Positions 1 through 8,227 of a stretch of DNA of 64,000 nucleotides are shown one piece after another. Both the position numbers and the translations under genes were made by a program. This DNA comes from a plasmid. Position 1 is the stretch's first letter; the number at the start of each line of letters is the position of its first letter. The stretch is from the sequence record NZ_CP040051.1; one strand, written 5' to 3'. The notes beneath the pieces are model-generated. The model worked only from the letters and a program-made list of their open reading frames with translations. It made no database searches and had not been told where the DNA came from.

Positions 1-1
1 G

Positions 2-1258
2 ATTGTAGCTAACACCGGTACTAAAACTTTTGGACGTATCAACTCCGGTACGGAAGGTTTATCGATGCAGCGTTTACGTAGTCTGGTGGACCAAGTGACA
101 CAGTCAGTAGTAAACGGCTACAACATTGCTTCTTCAGCAATGGGAATAAATTATCAATCTTCTACAAACGTTAATATCGAAAAGCAGGACCGGATTAGTT
201 ATCAGGATATTGCATCTCAACAAGAAGGTCAGTTCACGATCGTAGTTGCTAAAAAGATCGATGGTGGTAAAGAGGGTGGTGTATTCGCTATTCATGCTCA
301 AACTATGTTTGTACAACCACCGAAACTAGCAAAGATCCGGTTAAATGATTTTGTTTCGATTGAAAAAGAGCTGACCTATTTTGATAGTAAGAAATATGAT
401 AATGAGCTTAAAAACTTTGCTTATCAGTTAGCAGAGAACAAGATCCTCCAAAGTTGTCCAAATTATAAAAAACATGCCATTGGCGTTCTAAATCAGGTCG
501 ATACTCACCTTGAAAGTATCAGTAAAATGGCGAAATTATACGAGACTGATGTTAAGTCCGGTTTCTTCGCAATTATGCGTACAATGCAAAATATGCTGGA
601 TTCAGTTCAAATATCAGGCTTTAGTGCTCCTTTTTATGAAGTTGTTGATTCAACTTTTGCAAATGAGATCGATGGAGCTCTAGATTCAATATTTACTGAA
701 ATTAAACTTGATACTGAAGAAGTCGATGTTGTTTTAAATAAAACAATTGATCACATTCAGGATGAACGTTCTCAGGATCTATTAACAAAAACTAGCGAAA
801 CAATTATCGATGAGATCGTCGATCAATACCTAAATTTAGATTCAAGCGAAATAGAGACAATAGAAGCTGTTAATGCATATATCGAAGCACTTCCAAACGT
901 TTACGATGACCAACTTTATAGTGAAGAGTTTGCAACAACGGTTAGAGAGCATTTAAAGCAGCATGATATCTATATTCAATCGTTAGATATTCCATCATTC
1001 GAAGACTTATTAGAACTTGATCAATGTGCGGCCGAAGCTCAAAAGAGTATCTTCAGTGATGATTTTGAAGAAGATGATTTATTTTCAGATGCTCAAGAGC
1101 GATACAACTATGTAACCGACTTCATTAAATGCAAAAACTTAGTTTTTGAAGAAAAGGAAAAGGAAATCGAATCTGAAGATCAGGAGATCTTGAGCAAGCT
1201 GGAAAAGTATCACGAAATTGTATATCGCATGATCAGTGCGAAGCTCAAAGATAAGTAA
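2..1258 (+). CDS. Hypothetical protein with a highly acidic, coiled-coil-like C-terminal half. It may be 5-prime partial, because the reading frame is open back to the window edge.
   Basis: Long ORF with a GGAAGG RBS before ATG at 65, but the same frame is open from position 2. I recognise no family. Confidence 0.45.
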   Translation: MVANTGTKTFGRINSGTEGLSMQRLRSLVDQVTQSVVNGYNIASSAMGINYQSSTNVNIEKQDRISYQDIASQQEGQFTIVVAKKIDGGKEGGVFAIHAQTMFVQPPKLAKIRLNDFVSIEKELTYFDSKKYDNELKNFAYQLAENKILQSCPNYKKHAIGVLNQVDTHLESISKMAKLYETDVKSGFFAIMRTMQNMLDSVQISGFSAPFYEVVDSTFANEIDGALDSIFTEIKLDTEEVDVVLNKTIDHIQDERSQDLLTKTSETIIDEIVDQYLNLDSSEIETIEAVNAYIEALPNVYDDQLYSEEFATTVREHLKQHDIYIQSLDIPSFEDLLELDQCAAEAQKSIFSDDFEEDDLFSDAQERYNYVTDFIKCKNLVFEEKEKEIESEDQEILSKLEKYHEIVYRMISAKLKDK

Positions 1259-1271
1259 ACTGGAGAACAAC

Positions 1272-1667
1272 ATGTTAAATGAGGTTACTATGAGTGCGTA
1301 CCAAATTAAGCATAATTATGATATTGGTGATCGAGGGATTTTTATTAAATTTCTTGATCAACCTAAAAGTGATGAAGTTAAAAACTTAGCTATTTATTTG
1401 CAATTTAAAGCAGAACTAATACTTGATGAAAGTATCACACTGGACAATATGACAATTGCTCAATTTCTTTGGCTTCAAGGTGCAAAAATATTAGATAATA
1501 AGCCAGATACATATTGTGTAATTGATATGTATTTTGACCGATATGAAAGATGTGGTGAATGGTATCGGCATAGTTTTAGCGCGTATGATGAAAAATATGG
1601 TGAACAAGCATCAAAATTTTTAATTAATAAAGCAAGAGGTAAAATTCTTGAAGGCAATGTAATTTAG
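1272..1667 (+). CDS. hypothetical protein
   Basis: ORF with a GGAG RBS before ATG at 1272. The listed ORF start at 1236 overlaps the upstream gene. Confidence 0.4.
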   Translation: MLNEVTMSAYQIKHNYDIGDRGIFIKFLDQPKSDEVKNLAIYLQFKAELILDESITLDNMTIAQFLWLQGAKILDNKPDTYCVIDMYFDRYERCGEWYRHSFSAYDEKYGEQASKFLINKARGKILEGNVI

Positions 1668-1743
1668 TATGAGTTTGATACTACTTGATATGTATCTTTT
1701 TAGATGGAACTCTTTTGTATGCCTATACCAGTGTATGAAGAAG

Positions 1744-2244
1744 TGTGAGTTCTAATTAACTATGCGACATTCCAAACAACCATGCGATAAGGCTTGCTCA
1801 AGGGAATTTAGATGAAAAAAACAAATGTCCATATCTTCATTTGGAAATTTGTAATTGGATTATTCTTTTTTAGTTTTCTTATGACTTATGTTCACTCAAA
1901 TGCTGAAATTACAAATTTATCAATGTTGTTTTATGGGTTTAAGGTAGGTCTGTGGTTTGCAACTATTGCTACCACTTTGATTTGTGTATTGCTCGGTTTA
2001 GCAAAGCTCTTAAACAATAAACCTGAGAAAAATGAGCTTATTTACTCATGGTTTTATACATCGACAAAATATACGCTAGTGTTTGTTTGCACATTAGCTG
2101 TTGCTATTTTTGTCGCATAGTTAAGTGTAATTTTTTTGGTCTTATCGCAACATTGATTAGTAAATTTGTCGCACAGTTCTTTAGAATATTGAATGTATTT
2201 TATTGATATTTTATAAAACTGTCGCTTAGTAAATTGGAACTGAC
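1744..2244. repeat. About 500-bp segment repeated exactly at 39927..40422. It carries a promoter and the gene for a 102-aa membrane protein.
   Basis: Identical DNA and an identical 102-aa ORF at 1812..2120 and 39990..40298. Confidence 0.85.
1812..2120 (+). CDS. small integral membrane protein (3 predicted TM helices), copy 1
   Basis: Hydrophobic ORF, duplicated identically at 39990..40298. Confidence 0.6.
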   Translation: MKKTNVHIFIWKFVIGLFFFSFLMTYVHSNAEITNLSMLFYGFKVGLWFATIATTLICVLLGLAKLLNNKPEKNELIYSWFYTSTKYTLVFVCTLAVAIFVA

Positions 2245-2249
2245 AAGAA

Positions 2250-2278
2250 GGCTCTAAAATCAATTTAGAGCCTTTTTT
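2250..2278 (+). terminator. Rho-independent terminator
   Basis: GGCTCTAAA..TTTAGAGCC stem followed by a T6 run. Confidence 0.6.
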
Positions 2279-2374
2279 ATAAATTATGCTTTTAGGTACG
2301 TAGTTTTCAAAAAAGAAGCTTAGATGTGAAATGAACGCAAAATAGAGCGTGAAAAATAAATTAGAGTAAGTGGG

Positions 2375-2605
2375 TTAAGGTTTTTTAGTTCTTATTACGT
2401 CAAGCACACAATAACTGAGAATAACCATTCCGCTGAAAAGACCACCAGCAAATGTAGATATAACAATAATAGACGCATTTACACTTCTGACTAAGGGAGA
2501 GAATATAGCCAAATTTATAAGTATGGCTATTGAAAAAAGTAGAATTAAAGATATACGAAATACCTTTCTAATGTATTTATCAAGGTTATCATTATCATTG
2601 TTCAT
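2375..2605 (-). CDS. small 2-TM membrane protein, paralog 3 of 3
   Basis: 76-aa hydrophobic ORF that is translationally coupled (4-bp overlap) to the upstream ORF. Confidence 0.5.
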   Translation of the reverse strand: MNNDNDNLDKYIRKVFRISLILLFSIAILINLAIFSPLVRSVNASIIVISTFAGGLFSGMVILSYCVLDVIRTKKP

Positions 2606-2838
2606 AAATTTACCCTTTTTTTAATTACAAATATATAAATACTAAAGATGATATATAAACAAAATGAAAATGGAAGAACTAAGACAAATATAACCAAAAT
2701 TTTAGGAAGTAGATTGAAACTAGGATTCTCTAGAATTACATGCATTTTATAGACAATAAATGTAATACCCATAAGGGGTAAGATTGATACAAATGATGCA
2801 AAATATAGAGGGAGATTTTTTATATTCATATTGTTCAA
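2602..2838 (-). CDS. small 2-TM membrane protein, paralog 2 of 3
   Basis: 78-aa hydrophobic ORF in tandem with two similar ORFs. Confidence 0.5.
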   Translation of the reverse strand: MNNMNIKNLPLYFASFVSILPLMGITFIVYKMHVILENPSFNLLPKILVIFVLVLPFSFCLYIIFSIYIFVIKKRVNL

Positions 2839-2842
2839 CTCC

Positions 2843-3067
2843 TTAATCCTTTTTATTCCATAAAACCTTAAAAAACTTCAGAGATATTCTTACTGCTAGT
2901 AAAAAAAGGATTGAGAGAAATACTAATACGACGTATTTAATTACAAAATGACGTGAGTCATCCATTGCAACAAGATAAAATTTATATCCCATGTAGGGAA
3001 AACTCGAAATTAATGAAAGTAAAACAACGCTTGCGGCAATCTTATTTGTTATTTCTTCAAAAGTCAT
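2843..3067 (-). CDS. small 2-TM membrane protein, paralog 1 of 3
   Basis: 74-aa hydrophobic ORF. Confidence 0.5.
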   Translation of the reverse strand: MTFEEITNKIAASVVLLSLISSFPYMGYKFYLVAMDDSRHFVIKYVVLVFLSILFLLAVRISLKFFKVLWNKKD

Positions 3068-3100
3068 ATAAATACCTTTAATAAGTATCTAAGTATGGAA

Positions 3101-3502
3101 TTAATAATCCCATCTACTATTTACAACTCTAAAGTATATGCTTTTCTTGAAACCCATCTTTCTTTCTACGGCTGATATCCATAGTTGTACTGAAGATTTA
3201 TCGATACCAGAATAAAGTAAAGGTTTAAAGTTTGGTACTTTAAAGTACTTTCTTGATTTTGCTTTAGGTACACAGTCTAATATTTCATCTGCAATTTTTT
3301 CATCATCACACTCAAGAATAAAATCAAAACCTTTAATTTTTTCTTTTGTTTTAATGAGTGTTCCTATTGAATTTACAGCAATATAAAACCTGTATATTTG
3401 AGAAATATCGACAGTATATTTCCCCTTGTAATTTGCATAACTTTCTTCTTTTTTTACTTCGTATTCCGGAAGATCTAAACTCAGTTGATTACTTCTATTC
3501 AT
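3101..3502 (-). CDS. hypothetical protein
   Basis: 133-aa ORF in the same minus-strand operon. Confidence 0.45.
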   Translation of the reverse strand: MNRSNQLSLDLPEYEVKKEESYANYKGKYTVDISQIYRFYIAVNSIGTLIKTKEKIKGFDFILECDDEKIADEILDCVPKAKSRKYFKVPNFKPLLYSGIDKSSVQLWISAVERKMGFKKSIYFRVVNSRWDY

Positions 3503-3537
3503 GGTCTAGTGCCTCTAAAATAACAAAACAAAATTTG

Positions 3538-3831
3538 TTAGATCTTTGGTGTGGTTGGTTGATAAGCTTTAACACCATAAACCTTAAAACTTCCGTCAAA
3601 AATTTCATGAAACTCTAGATCTGAAGTTTTACCAGATAAATAACGATAAGCTTTATTACTTACAATTGGTTGAGCCTGATATTCATGTGATCGACGATTC
3701 ATTTCATCAATCCAGTTAGTTCGGTGTATAGGGCATTTAAAAGCAAATATAGATGCTTCACCTTTTACTGTGGAATTAAGATCTTTGCTTGTTAAAAGAG
3801 CGTAGAAATATCGTGTTGGCTTTTTAGTCAT
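3538..3831 (-). CDS. hypothetical protein
   Basis: 97-aa ORF that overlaps the upstream ORF by 4 bp. Confidence 0.45.
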   Translation of the reverse strand: MTKKPTRYFYALLTSKDLNSTVKGEASIFAFKCPIHRTNWIDEMNRRSHEYQAQPIVSNKAYRYLSGKTSDLEFHEIFDGSFKVYGVKAYQPTTPKI

Positions 3832-4457
3832 TTAATTATTTCCTTTTTAAATTCGTCTATTTCTGCTTGTTCTTTAGAACGGTTGTTTTCTTTCTCAGAT
3901 ATACTTAGAAGTCGTTTGCAGTTAAGTACCCGATAGTCGTAAATTGTAAAAACTCCGTTTCTAAACTTCATAATTTCTTTAAGCTTTATATTGAATTCTG
4001 GACTAATTTCAGCCAGTGATTTTATAATTTTATATTCATCTAAAGTAACCTCTGTTGAAAGCAGATATTTTAATGACTCTTCATCCAGCAAATCATGATG
4101 TCCGTAAACATTAAAATAGTTCGGAAAATTCTTCTTAATTAATAGATCCGATTCTTTATCTGCTTTTGATGCGCTATACATCCATAAAGCAGTAACAATA
4201 AGGCAATAGAGAAGAAGAAAATAAATTAATGATGTAGAGAAGAATACTAATTCTGCTTTAGAAAAACAAAAAGCTGCTAAACCAACTAATACGCAAAAAA
4301 TAAAAGGGGGCCAGCCGATAAGGTTTAGTAAGGAAACCACCTTAAAACATTTGTTATAGAAGCTATATTTTAATTTTTCGATAGCAATGAATTCTTTAAC
4401 CTGTTCAAAAGATTTGATTTCATAACTGTTAACTATGTCAGCAACGATATTATTCAT
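3828..4457 (-). CDS. hypothetical membrane protein (central TM hairpin)
   Basis: 209-aa ORF, the first gene of the minus-strand operon. Confidence 0.5.
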   Translation of the reverse strand: MNNIVADIVNSYEIKSFEQVKEFIAIEKLKYSFYNKCFKVVSLLNLIGWPPFIFCVLVGLAAFCFSKAELVFFSTSLIYFLLLYCLIVTALWMYSASKADKESDLLIKKNFPNYFNVYGHHDLLDEESLKYLLSTEVTLDEYKIIKSLAEISPEFNIKLKEIMKFRNGVFTIYDYRVLNCKRLLSISEKENNRSKEQAEIDEFKKEIIK

Positions 4458-4545
4458 GTGTTATTCCTTTTTAAAAAAATAAGTAAACTTTTGAAGTCTA
4501 CTTAGATCTTCTCCAATTGCTAGGATATATAGGATTGTTGTCTTG

Positions 4546-5364
4546 GCACTGTTGCAAATAGAGATTTGAGTCGATGAAGTTCCTTTTTAAAAGTGCTTAG
4601 AGACCGAAAACCCTGTTGATTAGACACACTTCACCTTGAGGCTGACCATAATAAAATGACGATGCTTGTCCTTTACGTAGTGCACGCATGACTTCAATAC
4701 CTTTAATTATGGCATAAGCCGTCTTCATAGATTTGAATCCTAATGTGGCCCTGATGATCCGCTTTAACTTACCATGATCACATTCAATGACATTATTTTT
4801 ATACTTAATCTGCCTGTGCTCAATATCTACTGGACATTTTCCTTCTCGCTTTAACCGTGATAAAGCATGGCCATAGGTCGCTGCTTTATCTGTATTGATG
4901 ACCCGTGGAATTTGCCATTTTTTCACCGTATTGAAGATCTTTCCTAAAAAACAATAGGCTGATTTACTGTTCCGTCTAGCGGAAAGGTAAAAGTCAATCG
5001 TATGACCACGTTGATCAACTGCACGATACAGGTAAGTCCATCGCCCCTTCACTTTGATATAAGTCTCATCCATATGCCATGAATGTAAATCTGTAGGATT
5101 ACGCCAATACCAGCGTAAGCGTTTTTCCATTTCTGGAGCATAACGCTGAACCCAACGATAAATTGTGGTGTGGTCAACATTCACACCTCGTTCAGCGAGC
5201 ATTTCTTGAAGTTCACGATAGCTGATGCCATATTTACAATACCAACGAACAGCCCAAAGAATGATTTCACCTTGAAAGTGCCGACCATGGAAGGGATTCA
5301 TCTGCTGTATCTCGAAATAAATAAGATATTTAGCTTATCATGTCAGCCTATTTGCAACAGTGCC
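4546..5364 (-). mobile_element. IS6-family insertion sequence (IS1006/IS26-like), copy 1
   Basis: Terminal IRs GGCACTGTTGCAAA at 4546 and TTTGCAACAGTGCC at 5351-5364. The internal 234-aa transposase is strongly similar to IS26 Tnp26. No 8-bp target duplication. Confidence 0.9.
4597..5301 (-). CDS. tnpA: IS6-family DDE transposase
   Basis: MNPFHGRHFQGEIILWAVRWYCKYGISYRELQEMLAERGVNVDHTTIYRW... matches the IS26-family transposase. Confidence 0.9.
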   Translation of the reverse strand: MNPFHGRHFQGEIILWAVRWYCKYGISYRELQEMLAERGVNVDHTTIYRWVQRYAPEMEKRLRWYWRNPTDLHSWHMDETYIKVKGRWTYLYRAVDQRGHTIDFYLSARRNSKSAYCFLGKIFNTVKKWQIPRVINTDKAATYGHALSRLKREGKCPVDIEHRQIKYKNNVIECDHGKLKRIIRATLGFKSMKTAYAIIKGIEVMRALRKGQASSFYYGQPQGEVCLINRVFGL

Positions 5365-5716
5365 AGCCCGTAATGCATTAGCGCGCGCCGTTTTCTTTTA
5401 TCGATTGGGTGAGATTCGAGATCGAAGCTTTGAGCAACAGCGTTATCGAGCCAGTGGCTTGAATCTAGTGACCGCCGCCATTGTATTGTGGAACACGGTT
5501 TATTTAGAGAGAGCGACTAACGCCCTACGAGGGCATGGTCGCACAGTCGATGATACCTTGCTGCAATATCTGTCACCGCTGGGGTGGGAGCACATCAATT
5601 TAACTGGGGATTATCTATGGCGAAGCAAAGCCAAGATAGGTGGTGGAAAATTTAGGCCATTGCGCGCAATTGAAAAACCTTAGCGTGCTATATTTTCCGT
5701 TTCCTGAGACGACCCC
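5365..5716 (+). pseudogene. 3-prime fragment of Tn3-family tnpA plus its 38-bp terminal IR (Tn5393-like), truncated by the IS6 insertion
   Basis: The sequence is the reverse complement of 15671..16022. The 107-aa ORF is identical to the C-terminus of the 988-aa TnpA. The IR ...ACGCTAAGG..GACCCC ends at 5716. Confidence 0.85.
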
Positions 5717-5918
5717 TATCATTACGACGAACTTGAGCTTCTCGGAATGGAGCAATGTATTTGGTGATGCTAAGTTGACGACTGCACTGCTGGATCGACT
5801 GACTCATCATTGCCATATCATCGAAACGGGTAATGAATCCTATCGTTTTAAGCAAAGCACGGAGGAAGCCAAGCAGCGTATAAAGAAACGAGAAGCAGAG
5901 AAAGGAGAGTTATTTTAA
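5717..5918 (+). pseudogene. istB: C-terminal fragment of an IS21-family IstB helper ATPase
   Basis: [37 protein letters not shown] is the conserved IstB C-terminus, in frame immediately after the Tn3 IR. Confidence 0.7.
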
Positions 5919-6046
5919 CCGTCGATCAGTGAAGAAAAAGCAACAGCAATTGATCGATTTATCCACAGCAGTGTAGTACGCTACATTGCTTAAATGCCTG
6001 GTCAATATTCAACGAGCATCGCTGGTCAATATTAAGTGAGCGTCAA

Positions 6047-6424
6047 CAATCTTGGGCATTTCGGGGTATCTCTGGTGGCACAAACAGGTTTGCAGTTTGA
6101 CCTTTCCACATCTCAGGGAAAGCTCATGGCTTCTGTGATGTCTGCATTAGCAGAGTTTGAGGGAGATTTACTACGTGAACGTGTGCGCTCTGGTGTAGCA
6201 GCGGCACAAGCGCGGGGCGTTGTGTTTGGTCGTCGTCCTGGTCAACGTACCAAGTCAGATCGTCTGGCACCTAAAGTGTTGGAGTTGGTGTCTGCTGGAC
6301 ACTCTTATCGACAAGTCGGTCGGCTGGTCAATCTAAGCAAAAATACCGTGTTGGATATCGTTAAAAGAAGTCGGAGTGAAAATCCTTAGCGTGCTATATT
6401 TTCCGTTTCCTGAGACGACCCCTA
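6047..6424 (+). pseudogene. tnpR: 3-prime fragment of Tn3-family resolvase gene tnpR plus terminal IR (duplicate of 19031..19405)
   Basis: Identical to the C-terminal 117 aa of TnpR. The IR CCTTAGCGTGCTATATTTTCCGTTTCCTGAGACGACCCC lies at 6387..6424. Confidence 0.85.
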
Positions 6425-6629
6425 ACTGAAGACATTGACGGTGGATGGGCTGCAATGGGAATTAAAACCTCTACAGAGTTCACAGCGGGTTGCAAGCGTT
6501 GGGTTGAGTTGAGGTTATCGGATTGGAAGTGGAGGGCTGCCATATGATTGCCATCTCTGACATAGCGTTTTAAGGTATTTTTCTAGGGCGTATTGATGTT
6601 TCAACGTATTAACAATCATACGAACAACC

Positions 6630-7691
6630 TCATTCTCTCAGGTCATTTTCTTCTTGCCGATGGGTGATTTTTCGCCGATAAGCACTTGGTGATACACCAA
6701 ACCAGCGTTTAAACGCGCGCCGAAAATTAGCAGAGTCGTGGTAATTCAGTAAGCTGGCAATTGCCTCGACCGATATTTGAGGGTCATGTAAATAACTACT
6801 GGCTTTCTCAGATAAAATCCGATCTCGAATCAGCCGGTAACTCGTGTTCTCTTTGACCAGACGTCTGGCCAGCGTACGCTTATTCATAAACAAGGCTGCA
6901 GCCAGATCCTCTTCACTCAGTTGCCCGAGCGGATAGGACAGCATGGCTTTTTGCACTTGGTAGGTGGTGCTGTGTTGTTGGGTCTTGAGCCGGTTGAGGA
7001 TCATTTCGCATTGTTGCATCGCCAGCAGATAGCTATCGTGCTGCGCGGATGCATTGGCAATCAAGCACAACTCGGTCGGCACTCGGATCGACAGTTGTGG
7101 CTGATCAAACTGATAGGTACCGGCAAGATAATCCGCGTAACAGGCATGATGATCGGGGGCGGGATGGCTAAACTGAATCACCGCCTCGGTCAGCGGTCGT
7201 CCAACAATAAATTCGGCACATTCCGAAAAAATCACCGCAACAGTTTCGGACAGTAGCCGATGTACTGCATGACTCAAGGTCTGCTCAAAGAAAATCAAGC
7301 AGGTCGTCCACTCAGCATTGGTGTGTGTTTCGAGCCTAATCAAACTCATACGGGTCGGCAAAAAAGTTTGAAACGCATGTAACACGGCTAGCAAGTTCGG
7401 GCTACTATTAATTAAAAAGCCCATCGCACCATGCGTTGAGGGAGTTAGGCGCTGACCCAAGCGCAAACCGAACTGTTCAGATGTTGATAGATCTATGCTG
7501 TTTTGCAGGATCTGAGCTTGTTGGCTGGCCGTGATCATGGTGTCATCACGCATCAGTTGCTCAGTGGTCAGCGCAGTGAATTTTAATAATTTCGGCAGAT
7601 CGCGCGCTTGTAAGTCCAGTTCTCGACCGATCAAACGGGTATAGCTACACGGAATGATCGCGGGTTCTTTGCCTGAGTGAGTCTGATACAT
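6630..7691 (-). CDS. AraC/XylS-family transcriptional regulator, likely the alkane-responsive regulator of the CYP153 operon
   Basis: C-terminal AraC-type HTH (…RRAFKRWFGVSPSAYRR). Divergently oriented to the ferredoxin-P450 genes. Confidence 0.8.
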   Translation of the reverse strand: MYQTHSGKEPAIIPCSYTRLIGRELDLQARDLPKLLKFTALTTEQLMRDDTMITASQQAQILQNSIDLSTSEQFGLRLGQRLTPSTHGAMGFLINSSPNLLAVLHAFQTFLPTRMSLIRLETHTNAEWTTCLIFFEQTLSHAVHRLLSETVAVIFSECAEFIVGRPLTEAVIQFSHPAPDHHACYADYLAGTYQFDQPQLSIRVPTELCLIANASAQHDSYLLAMQQCEMILNRLKTQQHSTTYQVQKAMLSYPLGQLSEEDLAAALFMNKRTLARRLVKENTSYRLIRDRILSEKASSYLHDPQISVEAIASLLNYHDSANFRRAFKRWFGVSPSAYRRKITHRQEENDLRE

Positions 7692-7830
7692 GGAATATGC
7701 TTTATTGGCTGACGAGGTAATATTGTCTTTTTATGACCTCTATTTGTCAAATAATAACCTCTACAGAACCGCAGAGAGTGCGTAATCTTGAGCTTGAACA
7801 GTGAAATTAAGCCAAATCGGAGTCGTAGCC

Positions 7831-8151
7831 ATGAGCCAAATTACATTTATTGCCCACGATGGTGCACAAACCAGCGTTGCAATCGAAGCGGGTAAGTCAC
7901 TAATGCAGTTGGCGGTTGAAAACGGTGTTGCCGGAATTGATGGGGATTGCGGTGGCGAATGCGCCTGTGGTACCTGCCACGTGATTGTCAGTGCTGAGTG
8001 GTCGGATGTTGCGGGTACGGCACAAGCGAATGAGCAGCAGATGTTGGAAATGACCCCAGAGCGTGCTGCCACCTCACGTTTGGCGTGTTGTATCCAAGTG
8101 ACCGATGCAATGGATGGCATGACGGTACATCTGCCTGAGTTTCAGATGTAA
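7831..8151 (+). CDS. [2Fe-2S] ferredoxin (putidaredoxin/adrenodoxin type)
   Basis: CGGECACGTCHV...C cysteine motif and about 106 aa, with a GGAG RBS. The ORF track start at 7801 is probably too early. Confidence 0.8.
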   Translation: MSQITFIAHDGAQTSVAIEAGKSLMQLAVENGVAGIDGDCGGECACGTCHVIVSAEWSDVAGTAQANEQQMLEMTPERAATSRLACCIQVTDAMDGMTVHLPEFQM

Positions 8152-8227
8152 CACGTCAGCTGTAACCCAGCGGATCAACCGCCTTAACAAACACACCTCG
8201 TCAACGATGCTCAGTCAGGAGACCATC

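Noticed and set aside
134-316. Short antisense ORFs inside larger genes, for example 134..316, 1475..1657, 8234..8473, 9218..9532, 25328..25624 and 45440..45640
   Set aside because: They lie fully within longer, better-supported ORFs on the opposite strand, and they lack RBSs and recognisable motifs, so they are probably spurious.
5170-5373. 67-aa ORF inside the IS6 element (also 43283..43513)
   Set aside because: It is antisense to the transposase gene and extends across the IR, so it is an artefact of ORF calling.
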